From the NCBI GenBank assembly GCA_016178585.1, contig JACOTA010000030.1, positions 5,776 through 69,775 of the forward strand: a stretch of 64,000 nt of DNA, in the 5' to 3' direction. Shown piece by piece: positions 35,720 to 46,312 of this stretch; the first letter of the stretch is position 1; each line of letters starts with the position of its first letter. The stretch is from Nitrospirota bacterium. Its GTDB lineage: Bacteria > Nitrospirota > Nitrospiria > JACQBW01. Position numbers and translations under genes: made by a program. The notes below the pieces were generated by a model. It ran no database searches. It saw nothing but the letters and a program-made list of their open reading frames with translations, and was not told the DNA's origin.

Positions 35720-37540
35720 TCACAGGTTCTCCACAAAACTTTTGAGTCTTTTGCTTCTACTCGGATGCCGAAGTTTTCTCAGGGCTTTGGCTTCGATTTG
35801 ACGGATCCTTTCCCGCGTCACTTCAAAGTCCTGCCCGACCTCCTCCAGCGTGTGATCGGTGCTTTCCCCTATCCCAAAACGTTTTCGTAAAACTTTTTCC
35901 TCCCTGGGGGTTAAGGTTTGCAAAACGTTATTGATCTGCCTTTGAAGGTCATAACGAATGGCTGCATCCAAAGGCGAAACGACTTTTTTATCTTCGATAA
36001 AATCGCCAAGATGGCTGTCTTCTTCTTCTCCGATCGGCGTTTCCAGAGAGATCGGCTCTTTCGCTATTTTGAGGATCTTCCGAACCTTATCAAGGGGAAG
36101 CTCCATTTTCTCGGCAATCTCTTCGGCAGCGGGTTCTCTCCCGAGCTCCTGAACAAGATGTCGGGACGTGCGAATAAGTTTGTTAATCGTTTCAATCATA
36201 TGGACCGGTATTCGAATCGTCCGGGCCTGGTCCGCAATCGCACGGGTAATAGCCTGCCGGATCCACCATGTGGCGTATGTGCTGAATTTATACCCTCTTT
36301 GATATTCGAATTTATCCACCGCTTTCATCAAGCCGATGTTCCCTTCCTGAATTAAATCCAGGAATTGAAGACCCCGATTGGTATATTTCTTGGCGATGCT
36401 GACCACCAGTCTCAAGTTGGCCTCTACCAGTTCACTCTTGGCCAATTTGACCCGATGTTCACCTAAATCCAGCGTATGAACGCTCTCTCGTAACTCCTCC
36501 CCTGAAACGGAGGATTGTTCTTCGATCTTTTTAATATTTTTCTTCGCATTCCGGTATTGTTTTTCGAGTTCCTCAAGAGAACTTTGGCTTAAACCTGTTT
36601 TCTTTTCGATCGCTTTTAAATTTCGCTTGTCCTTGTGCGTTTTTTTAAAGAGTTCAACGACTTCGCTTTCATGATGACACCCCAAACGCCTCCTGGAAGA
36701 AGAAATTTCCCGGTCGGACTGGTAGATCCCTCTAACCAGACTTCTCATCTCCCCGACAATTTTTTCAATCAGCTTGGCGTGAAAGTTAATGGTCGCGACC
36801 TTGTCGACAATCTTGAGACGAAGGTCTTTGATTTGACCTTTAATTTTTTTTCTCTGCGGAGAAGACTCGCCGACTCGCCTTAATTTTCCATAAAGTTCAA
36901 GAAGGGATCTATAGTGTGGTTTTAGCTGCCCGATTTGAGCAATGGCTTTTTCTTTAAGTTCTTCATAATCCTGGTCGGAGACCTCTTCATTTTCCTCAAA
37001 ATCCTCCTCGGTTGTCACGGTAACGACTTCCAAAATGCTGATTTCATTTTGCCGGAGTTTTTCAGAAAGCGAAAAGATTTCTTTTAAAACGAAAGGCATG
37101 CCAAAGACGATGGACGCGACTTCTTTTTTACCGACCTCGATTCTCTTGGCAATTTCAATCTCTTTTTCACGGGTCAAAAGCGGAACGCTTCCAATCTCTC
37201 TCAGATAAAGGCGGACAGGATCATCCGTTCGGCTCAAGACTCCCGGAGTTAAATCGATCTCTTTTTCATCTTCGACTTCGACGAATTCTTCCTCAAATTC
37301 CTCCAGCTCTTCCACGTCATCTTCTGCTTCCGCGCCCACGCTCTGGAGTCTGCCTTCTTCGGCCGAGTCAACAACCTCGATGTCCATTTCACCAAACATC
37401 ACCATGATATTATCAAGCTGTTCGGAAGAAAGGATATCCGCCGGAAGAGCATTGTTCAACTCTTCATAGGTCAGAAACCCTTTTTCTTTTCCAAGTGAAA
37501 TTAAATGTTTTACTTCTTCTAATTTCTCTTCTTTAGACAT
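35720..37540 (-). CDS. rpoD: Primary RNA polymerase sigma factor RpoD
   Basis: 606 aa; acidic region 1, [27 protein letters not shown] (region 2), region 4.2 helix-turn-helix. Confidence 0.96.
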   Translation of the reverse strand: MSKEEKLEEVKHLISLGKEKGFLTYEELNNALPADILSSEQLDNIMVMFGEMDIEVVDSAEEGRLQSVGAEAEDDVEELEEFEEEFVEVEDEKEIDLTPGVLSRTDDPVRLYLREIGSVPLLTREKEIEIAKRIEVGKKEVASIVFGMPFVLKEIFSLSEKLRQNEISILEVVTVTTEEDFEENEEVSDQDYEELKEKAIAQIGQLKPHYRSLLELYGKLRRVGESSPQRKKIKGQIKDLRLKIVDKVATINFHAKLIEKIVGEMRSLVRGIYQSDREISSSRRRLGCHHESEVVELFKKTHKDKRNLKAIEKKTGLSQSSLEELEKQYRNAKKNIKKIEEQSSVSGEELRESVHTLDLGEHRVKLAKSELVEANLRLVVSIAKKYTNRGLQFLDLIQEGNIGLMKAVDKFEYQRGYKFSTYATWWIRQAITRAIADQARTIRIPVHMIETINKLIRTSRHLVQELGREPAAEEIAEKMELPLDKVRKILKIAKEPISLETPIGEEEDSHLGDFIEDKKVVSPLDAAIRYDLQRQINNVLQTLTPREEKVLRKRFGIGESTDHTLEEVGQDFEVTRERIRQIEAKALRKLRHPSRSKRLKSFVENL

Positions 37541-37548
37541 AAACTCTC

Positions 37549-39318
37549 CTAAAGTTTTACCTTCTCATTCAAGCCGGCGCGGATTTTCAGCAGGTGTCTG
37601 GAAATTTCCGAAACCTTCTCGTGATCCTTCTCTCTTTCCGCCAAAGGAATTTCCTTTTCAAGCTCGATACGTTGCCGCATCATTCTTTTATGAATCAATC
37701 TGTCCAGGGATTCTTCCAGAGCCTGAATGGGATAATCATAATCAGGTTCTTTAACGGAAAGAGCCGTCATTAAATCATATAACTTTTCCTCTCCGGAAAA
37801 TTTCTCAAGAAAATTCCGGAAATTCAATTTCTCCTCAGAGGAATGGTTCTCATACAAAACCTGCATGATTTCTTTAGCCCTAACGTCATTGAAATCAGCT
37901 GGGCTCACATAATGAAAAATTCTGTCCGGGGCGATTTTTTCAGCCAAAAGAAAACGAATCACATATTCCTCTTCCAAAGGAAGCGTTGGCGCTTTTTTAA
38001 CAGGCAAATCTTTTTTCTGCGGATGAAGGCTCTTTTTATTCTGTTGTTTTTTAAATTCTTCCCTCAGGTCCTTTTCCGATACCTCAAGCTGATTTGAAAC
38101 TTTCATCAGGTAATAGGATTTTTCCACACTGTTGGAAATCCTGCTGACGAGCGGAAGAATTTCTTCGATGACCGCTAATTTTCCTTCGATCTCCGAACCG
38201 CTGTTTTTCTGAATCGACGCGTTCAATACAAAATCAAATAGCGGAACGGCTTTTTCAAGACACCGTTCAAAGGGTTCTTTTCCATATTGATCGACAAATA
38301 AATCGGGGTCCAGACCTCCCGGAAGCACAACGACAAAAGCTTTGATCCCGGTTTCCAGGAATAGGTCGATGGTTCTTAACGCCGCCTTGATACCCGCCTG
38401 ATCAGGGTCAAAGATCAGGTAAACTTTCCGAACCTTGCGCCGTATCAGTTGGAGGTGATAATGGGTTAAAGCCGTGCCGCAAGTGGCGACGACATTCTTA
38501 ATTCCGCTTTGAAAGGGCCGGATCGCGTCAAAATAACCTTCGACGATAATGAGCGAATCTATCTCATTTTTAGTTTTATCCAGCCCATACAACACTTTCC
38601 CTTTTTGATAAACCGGCGTTTCGGGCGAATTCAGGTACTTGGGAAGCGCCTGATCCAATACCCGCCCTCCAAAACCAATGCATTTCCCCTGAAGATTGGA
38701 AACCGGGAATATCAAACGCCCCCTGAAACGGTCATGATACCCTCCCCCTGAATTATTTTGGGTGATGAGACCCGCTTTTTCCATTTGGAGCAACGTGAAC
38801 CCTTTTTTTTCTAAGAATTGGCTGCAATGATTCCATCCTGGCAGAGAATATCCGAGTGAAAAATCCCTGATGGAATCGTAAACGATTCCACGTTTTTTAA
38901 GGTATTCACGAGCCAACTCGGCGCCAGGATCTTTTAACAACACCTGATGAAAATAATCTTTAGCCGACTCATTGACCTGAATCAGTTCCTGATTTAAAGA
39001 GGGGTTTTCGTCCCGTCCCACAGGCACAGGGACTCCAGCCGTTTTTCCCAACTCCTTTACCGCGTCCGGAAAACTCATCCCTTCTTTCAACATCAGAAAT
39101 TTAAAAACATTACCTCCGCTCCCGCAGCCAAAACAATGGAAAATCTGCTTGGACGGACTCACAGTAAAGGACGGACTTTTCTCTGAATGAAAGGGACAAA
39201 GACCTTGAAAATTCTGCCCGGATTTTTTTAAACTGACATACCCTGAAATCAACTGAACAATGTCAATCGATTCCTGAATTCGGAAAATGATCTCTTCGGA
39301 AATTGACTGCGATTTCAA
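37549..39318 (-). CDS. dnaG: DNA primase
   Basis: 589 aa; zinc finger [11 protein letters not shown]...CFGCG, TOPRIM IVEGYFD, DnaB-interaction C-terminus. Confidence 0.95.
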   Translation of the reverse strand: MKSQSISEEIIFRIQESIDIVQLISGYVSLKKSGQNFQGLCPFHSEKSPSFTVSPSKQIFHCFGCGSGGNVFKFLMLKEGMSFPDAVKELGKTAGVPVPVGRDENPSLNQELIQVNESAKDYFHQVLLKDPGAELAREYLKKRGIVYDSIRDFSLGYSLPGWNHCSQFLEKKGFTLLQMEKAGLITQNNSGGGYHDRFRGRLIFPVSNLQGKCIGFGGRVLDQALPKYLNSPETPVYQKGKVLYGLDKTKNEIDSLIIVEGYFDAIRPFQSGIKNVVATCGTALTHYHLQLIRRKVRKVYLIFDPDQAGIKAALRTIDLFLETGIKAFVVVLPGGLDPDLFVDQYGKEPFERCLEKAVPLFDFVLNASIQKNSGSEIEGKLAVIEEILPLVSRISNSVEKSYYLMKVSNQLEVSEKDLREEFKKQQNKKSLHPQKKDLPVKKAPTLPLEEEYVIRFLLAEKIAPDRIFHYVSPADFNDVRAKEIMQVLYENHSSEEKLNFRNFLEKFSGEEKLYDLMTALSVKEPDYDYPIQALEESLDRLIHKRMMRQRIELEKEIPLAEREKDHEKVSEISRHLLKIRAGLNEKVKL

Positions 39319-39356
39319 TGAAACTCGCTTCTTGATAAAAAAAATGATTCTGTTTT

Positions 39357-39815
39357 CTAAGAGGCCAAAAGCTCTTTCACCATCCGGCTGGCGGCGGCGC
39401 TGTCCGCCCTCCCTAGAATTTTTGGTATCAGGATTTTCATCACCTTGCCCATATCTTTGATTCCCGTTGCACCTGCTTCAGAAATAGCCTTTAAAATCAA
39501 GGCTTTAACCTCTTCTTCGGTGTAAGGCTTCGGGAGGAAAGACTGCAGGATTTCGATTTCGGCTTTTTCTTTCGCAACCAAATCATCTCTTTTACCTGCT
39601 GAAAACTGCTCAATCGAATCATTCCTCTGCTTGACGGCGGAAACGATGACTTCCATCACTTCAGCGTCACCCAGCTCCGTTCCCTTTCCCCGGTCAATTT
39701 CCTTGTTTTTAATTGCGGAGCGGACCATGCGAATCACGGAAAGCTTTAAGGCGTCCCCGCTTTTCATGGACGCTTTCATTTCTTCGGTTAATCTATTTTT
39801 CAAATCAGACATCAA
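39357..39815 (-). CDS. yqeY: GatB/YqeY domain protein
   Basis: 152 aa; LKNRLTEEMKASMKSGD...RMVRSAIKNKEID pattern typical of YqeY; located between rpsU and dnaG. Confidence 0.85.
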   Translation of the reverse strand: MMSDLKNRLTEEMKASMKSGDALKLSVIRMVRSAIKNKEIDRGKGTELGDAEVMEVIVSAVKQRNDSIEQFSAGKRDDLVAKEKAEIEILQSFLPKPYTEEEVKALILKAISEAGATGIKDMGKVMKILIPKILGRADSAAASRMVKELLAS

Positions 39816-39821
39816 AGCGTT

Positions 39822-40019
39822 CTACCGAGCGAATAATTGAGATTTTTTAATTGATTTTTTCCGGGCGGCAATAGCTTTTTTCTTTCTTTTGATACTGGGC
39901 TTTTCATAGTGTTCCCGCTTTTTGATTTCAAAGAAAATTCCGGATTTTTCACACTGTTTTTTAAATCTTCGGAACGCATTTTCAAAGGTCTCATTCTCCT
40001 TTACTTTTACAACCGGCAT
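39822..40019 (-). CDS. rpsU: 30S ribosomal protein S21
   Basis: 65 aa; [28 protein letters not shown]... is a canonical bS21 sequence. Confidence 0.95.
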   Translation of the reverse strand: MPVVKVKENETFENAFRRFKKQCEKSGIFFEIKKREHYEKPSIKRKKKAIAARKKSIKKSQLFAR

Positions 40020-40070
40020 TCACCTTTCCCCTCCCTTCTTTCAAATTTCATAAAGAAAAAGTAAACTTTA

Positions 40071-40100
40071 AGTATAGCAAGTCAAAAACCTCGATGTCAA
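40071..40100 (-). promoter_or_regulatory. Predicted promoter of the rpsU-yqeY-dnaG-rpoD operon
   Basis: Minus strand TTGACA (40100-40095), 18-nt spacer, TATACT (40076-40071); strong SD GGGAGGGGAAAGG before the rpsU ATG. Confidence 0.5.
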
Positions 40101-40111
40101 CCCCCTATCAT

Positions 40112-40254
40112 CCCCCAGGAACAGAGATAGGATTTGCAACTCCTTGTTTTGCCTGTCATCGCGAGCGCCCGCAGGGTGCGTGGCGATCTCGGTTCACGAT
40201 GGCGAGATTGCTTCGCTTCGCTCGCAATGACAACTTTCTATCTCTGTTCTTGGA
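40112..40254 (-). repeat. Family-A miniature repeat (subtype 1, inverted)
   Basis: Reverse complement aligns end to end with 4846-4988. The few differences fall in loops or keep the stems paired (GCACCC-GTA-GGGTGC versus GCGCCC-GCA-GGGTGC). Confidence 0.85.
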
Positions 40255-40335
40255 GACGTTTTGACCCGTGACGGAAACTCCCTCCCATGGCCTGAAAAAA
40301 CGGCTATTTAAAGAAACCGGGGATGGGCAAGCCTA

Positions 40336-40704
40336 TCACCCCGGAGGCCAGGTCATAAACCGTCCGGCCAACAAATGAAAATGAAGATGATTAACGGTTT
40401 GTCCGCCATCGTTTCCCGTGTTAACCACCAGACGAAATCCCTTTTGATCCAACCCTTTTTCTTTCACGATTTTTTGAACGACTGAATAGAGATGAACGAT
40501 TAGCGGTCCATCTTCTTTTTCCTGGAAATCAAGGAGACTTTCCTTATGAACTTTTGGAATGATCAAAATATGAACCGGCGCCTGGGGATTCACGTCATAA
40601 AAAGCCAGGGCTTTCTCGTCCTCATAAACAATCCGCGAAGGAATTTCTTTTTTGATGATTTTACAAAACAAGCATTTATCCATAAGAAACTCCAGTTGCT
40701 TCAC
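40336..40704 (-). CDS. Histidine triad (HIT) family nucleotide hydrolase
   Basis: CLFCKIIKKEIPS N-terminal motif and HLHFHLL triad. The start is ATG 40704 or MDKCLF at 40683. Confidence 0.9.
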   Translation of the reverse strand: MKQLEFLMDKCLFCKIIKKEIPSRIVYEDEKALAFYDVNPQAPVHILIIPKVHKESLLDFQEKEDGPLIVHLYSVVQKIVKEKGLDQKGFRLVVNTGNDGGQTVNHLHFHLLAGRFMTWPPG

Positions 40705-40784
40705 TTATTCATATTCAGGGGCCTTCGAGAAATTTACTCTCAATGCCCCCGAACCCCGCGTTCCCACTGGCATAGCCAGTTGCT

Positions 40785-41459
40785 TCACTTTTTTAACCCC
40801 GGTTTGCCTTCTCTTTTTTCTAATTCCCGGTAAATTTCATCAACAGAAATGCCATGGTAACCCAACAACACCAGGGTGTGAAACCATAAATCTGCGATTT
40901 CCCATATAATTTCCGCCATCGTCCGGTTCTTTGAACTCAAAATGACTTCTCCGGATTCTTCGGCAATTTTCTTTAAAATTGCATCCTGTCCCTTAGAAAA
41001 TAGCGAAGAAACATAGGAGTTGGGTGACGGATTTTGTTTTCTTTGAGCAATGACCCGGGAAATTTTGTTTAAAATATCCGGGAAATCATTTTGGCCGGCA
41101 GATTGATCCTCTTCCTTTTCCTTTAGTTCCCCTTCGGCCCAACTCCGATAGAAACAGGAAAAATGGCCGGTATGGCAGGCGCCGTTTTTTTGATCAACCT
41201 TAATCAAAAGAGTGTCTTCATCACAATCCAGCAAAATCTCCTTGACTGTTTGGATATTTCCCGAAGTTTCCCCTTTTTTCCATAGCGCCTTCCGGGAACG
41301 GCTCCAAAAAACGGTTTCCCCTGTTTCAAGGGTTTGGCCCAGGGACGCTTCATTCATATAAGCCACCATTAAGACCTGGCCCGTCTGATATTCCTGGATC
41401 ACCGCCGGAATGAGTCCATCGGCGTCAAATTTTATCTTTTTTAGGATCGTGTCATTCAT
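40785..41459 (-). CDS. hisIE: Bifunctional phosphoribosyl-AMP cyclohydrolase / phosphoribosyl-ATP pyrophosphatase
   Basis: 224 aa; HisI part ([23 protein letters not shown]) fused to a HisE MazG-like part (EESGEV...EIADLWFH). Confidence 0.92.
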   Translation of the reverse strand: MNDTILKKIKFDADGLIPAVIQEYQTGQVLMVAYMNEASLGQTLETGETVFWSRSRKALWKKGETSGNIQTVKEILLDCDEDTLLIKVDQKNGACHTGHFSCFYRSWAEGELKEKEEDQSAGQNDFPDILNKISRVIAQRKQNPSPNSYVSSLFSKGQDAILKKIAEESGEVILSSKNRTMAEIIWEIADLWFHTLVLLGYHGISVDEIYRELEKREGKPGLKK

Positions 41460-42220
41460 ACCGGCCGGACCGGGACGCCCCTCTCTTTCAAATACTGTTT
41501 GGCATCCTTAATGCGATATTGGCGATCATGAAAAATAGACGCCGCCAGAACAGCGTCCGCTTTCCCGATGGTCAGTCCTTCGTAGAGATGCTCAAGGCTC
41601 CCGACTCCTCCGGAAGCAATCACCGGAATTTGCACAGCTTCGGCGACGCTGCGGGTTAATTCCAGATCATATCCTTCCCGGGTTCCGTCCCTATCCATGC
41701 TGGTCAGCAAAATTTCTCCGGCGCCCATGGACTCCATTTGTTTTGCCCACTGGAGAACATCCAGCGCCGTCTCCCGCCGGCCGCCATGAGTATAAACGCT
41801 CCATCCTTTGCCGGAAAGAGCCTTTTTTGCGTCAATTGCCACAACGATACATTGTGTTCCAAAACGTTTTGCGGCCTCCCGTATAAGTTCCGGCTTCTCT
41901 ACCGCGGAAGTATTAATAGACACCTTATCGGCTCCGGCCAGAAGGGACTGCCGGATATCCTCCAACGACCGGATTCCTCCCCCTACCGTTAAAGGCATAA
42001 ACACTTCTGCCGCGGTTTCCTCCACCATTTTAAAAAAGGTCCCCCGCCCTTCATGAGAGGCGGTAATATCCAGAAAGCAAATAGCATCCGCTCCTTCCTC
42101 ATTATAAAACTTAGAGGCCTCAACCGGGCTTCCTGCATCTCTTAAGTTTTCAAATCCAACCCCTTTGACAACTCTTCCGTCTTTGACGTCGAGACAGGGA
42201 ATAATTCTTTTGGTTAACAC
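41456..42220 (-). CDS. hisF: Imidazole glycerol phosphate synthase cyclase subunit
   Basis: 254 aa; [30 protein letters not shown] motifs. Confidence 0.96.
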   Translation of the reverse strand: MLTKRIIPCLDVKDGRVVKGVGFENLRDAGSPVEASKFYNEEGADAICFLDITASHEGRGTFFKMVEETAAEVFMPLTVGGGIRSLEDIRQSLLAGADKVSINTSAVEKPELIREAAKRFGTQCIVVAIDAKKALSGKGWSVYTHGGRRETALDVLQWAKQMESMGAGEILLTSMDRDGTREGYDLELTRSVAEAVQIPVIASGGVGSLEHLYEGLTIGKADAVLAASIFHDRQYRIKDAKQYLKERGVPVRPV

Positions 42221-42942
42221 GGCACGCTTTTAGTGAGGGCTATGGCCTTTTCCAGGGAAATGTCCCCTGTATAAAGCGCTTTCCCAATGATAACACCTTC
42301 GATGTTGTCCATTTTTAAAATGAATTGTATGTCCTGGAGAGTCGACACGCCGCCGGATACCACTAACGGCACCTGAATGGCCTTTGCCATCTCTTCGGTT
42401 CTGGCAAAATTAGGACCACTCATCATTCCATCTTTTTCAATATCGGTATAAACGATGGCCGCAATTTCATGTTCGCTCAGTCGTTTGGCATAATCGATTG
42501 CTGATTCCCCGGTCACATCCGTCCAGCCGGTAATCGCTATTTTCCCATTTTTGGCGTCGATCCCTGCGACAATTTTCCCGGGATAAGTCTTCGCCGCCGT
42601 TTTTAAAAGGTCAAAGTTTTTGATGACCGACGTTCCCAGAATCAGCCGTGAAACGCCTATCGCCAAATATTTTTCAATGGTTTCCAAATCGCGTATCCCG
42701 CCCCCAACCTGGATCGGCGTAGGAACCGCCTTCAAAATTCGCTGAATCGTTTCAAAATTAGCGGGTGATCCCGTTAATGCGCCATCCAAATCTACCACAT
42801 GAATAAATTCGGCCCCCAAAAGAAACCATTTTCTGGCAATCGATTCAGGTTCATCGGAAAAAACCTCCTTTTGATCAAATTTTCCCTGCCTTAAACGAAC
42901 ACATTGACCTTCCTTAATGTCGATGGCGGGAAAAATTTTCAT
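42214..42942 (-). CDS. hisA: ProFAR isomerase
   Basis: 242 aa; [26 protein letters not shown] motifs. Confidence 0.95.
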   Translation of the reverse strand: MKIFPAIDIKEGQCVRLRQGKFDQKEVFSDEPESIARKWFLLGAEFIHVVDLDGALTGSPANFETIQRILKAVPTPIQVGGGIRDLETIEKYLAIGVSRLILGTSVIKNFDLLKTAAKTYPGKIVAGIDAKNGKIAITGWTDVTGESAIDYAKRLSEHEIAAIVYTDIEKDGMMSGPNFARTEEMAKAIQVPLVVSGGVSTLQDIQFILKMDNIEGVIIGKALYTGDISLEKAIALTKSVPC

Positions 42943-43547
42943 TTCAACCCTCCAAAGTTCTGAAGAAATCTTAATCCCACGGTTTGACTTTTCTCAGGAT
43001 GGAACTGGCATGCAAAAATGTTATCTCTCCAAATGGAGGAGGTAAACCGGATTCCGTAATCCGTCCAGGAAGCGGTATCGGCCTCTTTCTCCGGAACGCC
43101 ATAGTAAGAATGGTCAAAATAAAAATAAGCTCCGTCTGGTATCTCTTTAAATAATGGACATTCTGTCTGTCGAACACACACTTGATTCCATCCAATATGG
43201 GGAACTTTCAGAGGGGTTGCCGGAAATCGTTTTACAGTTCCAGGAACAACATTCAATCCAGGATGGATTCCAAACTCTTCACCTTTCGCGAAAAGAACCT
43301 GAAATCCGACACAAATTCCTAAAAAAGGCTTGCCTCCCTCGATACTCTTGAGAAGGGGCGCCGTTAAACCGCTGGAACCCAGTTTTTCCATGCAATCCGC
43401 AAAAGCTCCCACTCCCGGAAGCACGAGATGACTGGCGTTGAAGAGATCCTCGGCGCGGGTAGTGACCATGGCGTCCAATCCCACTTTGGCAAAAGCTTTT
43501 TGAACGCTCCTGAGATTGCCCGATCCGTAGTCAATAATTGCAATCAT
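42939..43547 (-). CDS. hisH: Imidazole glycerol phosphate synthase glutaminase subunit
   Basis: 202 aa; class I amidotransferase GICVGFQ (Cys nucleophile), C-terminal QFHPEKS. Confidence 0.95.
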   Translation of the reverse strand: MIAIIDYGSGNLRSVQKAFAKVGLDAMVTTRAEDLFNASHLVLPGVGAFADCMEKLGSSGLTAPLLKSIEGGKPFLGICVGFQVLFAKGEEFGIHPGLNVVPGTVKRFPATPLKVPHIGWNQVCVRQTECPLFKEIPDGAYFYFDHSYYGVPEKEADTASWTDYGIRFTSSIWRDNIFACQFHPEKSQTVGLRFLQNFGGLK

Positions 43548-44143
43548 AGGCTCCCTTTGGTCGACAAAACTCCTTTAATCCGGGGATCAACTTGAAGGGC
43601 CTGGTCGAGCGCTTTTCCAAGCGCTTTAAACACGGCTTCAATGACATGATGAGGGTTCTTCCCGTAAGGAACCAGAATGTGAAGCGTTAACCCGCTTTTC
43701 TGGACAAGGGCTTCAAAAAAGTGCTCGATCAAATCAATATCAAATGTTTTAATCTTCTTTTTCTGCAAATTGACCTGATAAACCAGATAAGGGCGGCCGC
43801 TCAGGTCGAGAATCACCTGAGCCAGCGCTTCATCCATCGGCACAAAGGCCACACCGTACCGCTTGATTCCCTTCTTATCCCCGATCGCTTCGGCAAGGGC
43901 GCGTCCGAGAGAGATGCCGATATCCTCAACGAGGTGATGATCGTCAATTTCAATATCTCCCTTACTTTTAAGGTGGAGGTCAAAAAAACCATGTTTTGCC
44001 CACAGGGTTAACATATGGTCTAGAAATGGAAGACTGGAATTGACCTCGCTCTTCCCTGTCCCATCAAGGTTTAACTTGATTCGAACTTCTGTTTCCGCGG
44101 TCTTTCTTTCAACGGAAGATTCTCTTGTGGGAGCGCGTTTCAT
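43544..44143 (-). CDS. hisB: Imidazoleglycerol-phosphate dehydratase
   Basis: 199 aa; [11 protein letters not shown] and [12 protein letters not shown] motifs; monofunctional form. Confidence 0.95.
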   Translation of the reverse strand: MKRAPTRESSVERKTAETEVRIKLNLDGTGKSEVNSSLPFLDHMLTLWAKHGFFDLHLKSKGDIEIDDHHLVEDIGISLGRALAEAIGDKKGIKRYGVAFVPMDEALAQVILDLSGRPYLVYQVNLQKKKIKTFDIDLIEHFFEALVQKSGLTLHILVPYGKNPHHVIEAVFKALGKALDQALQVDPRIKGVLSTKGSL

Positions 44144-45423
44144 TTCCTTCTAATCTCCATTGAGTGTGCGTGTCCGGTCAACCCCTCTGCATTAGCCAAT
44201 CGGATGACATGATCAGAAACCCTGGCCAGGGCCTCCCTGGAATACGAAATAATGCTCGTCTTTTTGATAAAATCGTCAACACAAAGGGGTGAGAAAAATC
44301 GCGCGGTCCCGCCCGTAGGAAGAACATGGTTCGGGCCGGCCAGATAATCTCCGACGGCCTCCGGAGTAAAATGTCCAAGAAACAACGCCCCGGCATGCTT
44401 GATTTTTTTGATATAAACTTCCGGATTTTCGACCTCGAGTTCGAGGTGTTCAGGAGCCAAAAGATTAGCTATTTCAATGGCTTTATCCAAATTCTCAGTC
44501 ACGAAAATAATCCCGTTGTTCCGCATGGACTCCCCGGCAATTTTCTTCCGCGCCATGGTTTTTAACTTCAATTCCATTTCTTTTTTTATTTCCCGGGCTA
44601 AATTCATTGAGGGAGTTAAACAAATGGGATACGCCTTTTCATCATGTTCGGCCTGGGCCAAAAGATCGGAAGCCACATAGGCTGGATTTGCGGACTCATC
44701 CGCAATAACCAGGACCTCGCTCGGCCCTGCGATCATGTCAATATCGACCCATCCGTAAACTAATCGTTTGGCGGTGGCTACAAAAATATTGCCAGGACCT
44801 ACAATTTTATCAACTCTTTTAATGGTCCGGGTTCCAAAGGCCATTGCGCCAATCGCCTGGGCCCCGCCGATAGGGTAAATTTCCTTAATCCCTAGGATGT
44901 CCGCCGCCACAAGAATATAGGGGTTAATTTCCCCATTCAACGAGGGAAAACAAACCACCAACGAAGGAACGCCGGCCACCAGAGCAGGAATCGCATTCAT
45001 CAAAAGAGAAGAGGGGTAAGCCGCTTTTCCTCCGGGCACATACAGGCCGGCTCGATCCATCGGCTGAACCAGTTGTCCGAGCGTAACATTGCCCTCTTTA
45101 TAACTCCAACTTTCTGTTTTCTGACGCTGGTGAAAAGAAATAATCCGGTCGGCGGCAAACTTTAAACTTTCCACAACCCTGGGATCAGCTATTTGATAGG
45201 CCTGTTTGATCTGTTCCCGGGAAATTCCAAAATCTTTCTTCTTCAAATTCAGATGATCGAATTTTTTCGTGTATTTTAAAACCGCGGCATCGCCGTTTTT
45301 CTTAATATCCTTCAGGATCGATCTGACCGTTTTTTCAACCGGCTCTTCAGATAATTCAAACCGGTTTAATAATTTATTCAGCCGGGCTTTATAAGCGGTT
45401 TGTTGATAAGAAACAATCTTCAT
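44140..45423 (-). CDS. hisD: Histidinol dehydrogenase
   Basis: Start set to MKIVSYQ (ATG 45423; SD GGAG 7 nt upstream). [25 protein letters not shown] motifs. The track ORF start at 45477 runs into the upstream hairpins. Confidence 0.93.
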   Translation of the reverse strand: MKIVSYQQTAYKARLNKLLNRFELSEEPVEKTVRSILKDIKKNGDAAVLKYTKKFDHLNLKKKDFGISREQIKQAYQIADPRVVESLKFAADRIISFHQRQKTESWSYKEGNVTLGQLVQPMDRAGLYVPGGKAAYPSSLLMNAIPALVAGVPSLVVCFPSLNGEINPYILVAADILGIKEIYPIGGAQAIGAMAFGTRTIKRVDKIVGPGNIFVATAKRLVYGWVDIDMIAGPSEVLVIADESANPAYVASDLLAQAEHDEKAYPICLTPSMNLAREIKKEMELKLKTMARKKIAGESMRNNGIIFVTENLDKAIEIANLLAPEHLELEVENPEVYIKKIKHAGALFLGHFTPEAVGDYLAGPNHVLPTGGTARFFSPLCVDDFIKKTSIISYSREALARVSDHVIRLANAEGLTGHAHSMEIRRK

Positions 45424-45442
45424 TTTTTTGCTCCCACAAAAC

Positions 45443-45490
45443 AGGGGCAGGCTCCCGTACCTGCCCTGGGCAACCACGGGGAGTTGCCCC
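45443..45490 (-). terminator. Two tandem GC-rich hairpins in the hisG-hisD spacer; the hisD-proximal one looks like a terminator
   Basis: Minus strand: GGGCAAC-TCCCCGTG-GTTGCCC, A, GGGCAGG-TACGGGAG-CCTGCCC, then CTGTTTTGTGGGAGCAAAAAAATG. The U-rich tract follows the second stem directly, and the loops are partly complementary (CCCGT / ACGGG). Confidence 0.4.
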
Positions 45491-45550
45491 TACAAGAAAC
45501 ATGTCACAATTATTTTTTCGTTTGTATTATAGCAAACGTAATAAGTAATG

Positions 45551-45626
45551 TGTCATTGCGAGGAGCGGAGCGACGAAGCAATCTATTGAAACCATTAGAG
45601 ATTGCTTCACTTCGTTCGCAATGACA
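45551..45626. repeat. Family-A core hairpin only (no AACAGAGATAG termini)
   Basis: TGTCATTGCGAGGAGCGGAGCGACGAAGCAATCT-loop-AGATTGCTTCACTTCGTTCGCAATGACA; flanked by 11-bp direct repeats CGTTTGTATTA at 45519 and 45645. Confidence 0.75.
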
Positions 45627-45673
45627 ACGTAACAGCACTAAATGCGTTTGTATTAGTAAAATAAAGTCCCTCT

Positions 45674-46312
45674 TCAAGAAATAACAGACTTGATTTGATC
45701 GATCAATTCGAAAACTCGTTGATACTTTAACTTTAAACTGGCCCTGTTTACAATCAACCGGGCGGTCGAAGAGGCGATTTCTTCCACTATTTTAAGGTGA
45801 TGGGCTTTTAACGTCGCTCCGGTAGAAACCAGATCGACGATCTGATCCGCCAATCCGAGCATAGGAGCCAGTTCAATTGATCCTCCGAGCTTAATCATTT
45901 CCACGGAAATCCCTTTTTGACTGAAGAATTTTTCAGTAATGCCGGGATATTTCGTGGCAATCGTCAATTTGGAGCTGTTTTTTTTACGGGTTAACTCGGC
46001 CCCAATCGGTTCTGCCAGAATAATCCGGCAAAAACCAAACTTTAAATCTAACGGTTCGAAGATTTCTTTTTCATCTTCCAGCAGAATGTTTTTGCCGCTG
46101 ATCCCGATATCCGCCGCGCCATATTCAACATAGGTAGGCGTATCCGCCGCTCTCACAAGAAGTAACCTGATTTTTTGATTCGGGAGATCAAAAAGGAGTC
46201 TTCTTCCGTTCAATAATAACTGCGGGTGTGAGATACCGACCTTATTAAGTAAAATAATAGAGTCGTTTAAAAGCCGCCCCTTCGATAAAGCAATCGTTAA
46301 CCAATCTTTCAT
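45674..46312 (-). CDS. hisG: ATP phosphoribosyltransferase, short form
   Basis: 212 aa; lacks the C-terminal regulatory domain of the roughly 300-aa long form; ATGA overlap with the murA stop. Confidence 0.92.
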   Translation of the reverse strand: MKDWLTIALSKGRLLNDSIILLNKVGISHPQLLLNGRRLLFDLPNQKIRLLLVRAADTPTYVEYGAADIGISGKNILLEDEKEIFEPLDLKFGFCRIILAEPIGAELTRKKNSSKLTIATKYPGITEKFFSQKGISVEMIKLGGSIELAPMLGLADQIVDLVSTGATLKAHHLKIVEEIASSTARLIVNRASLKLKYQRVFELIDQIKSVIS

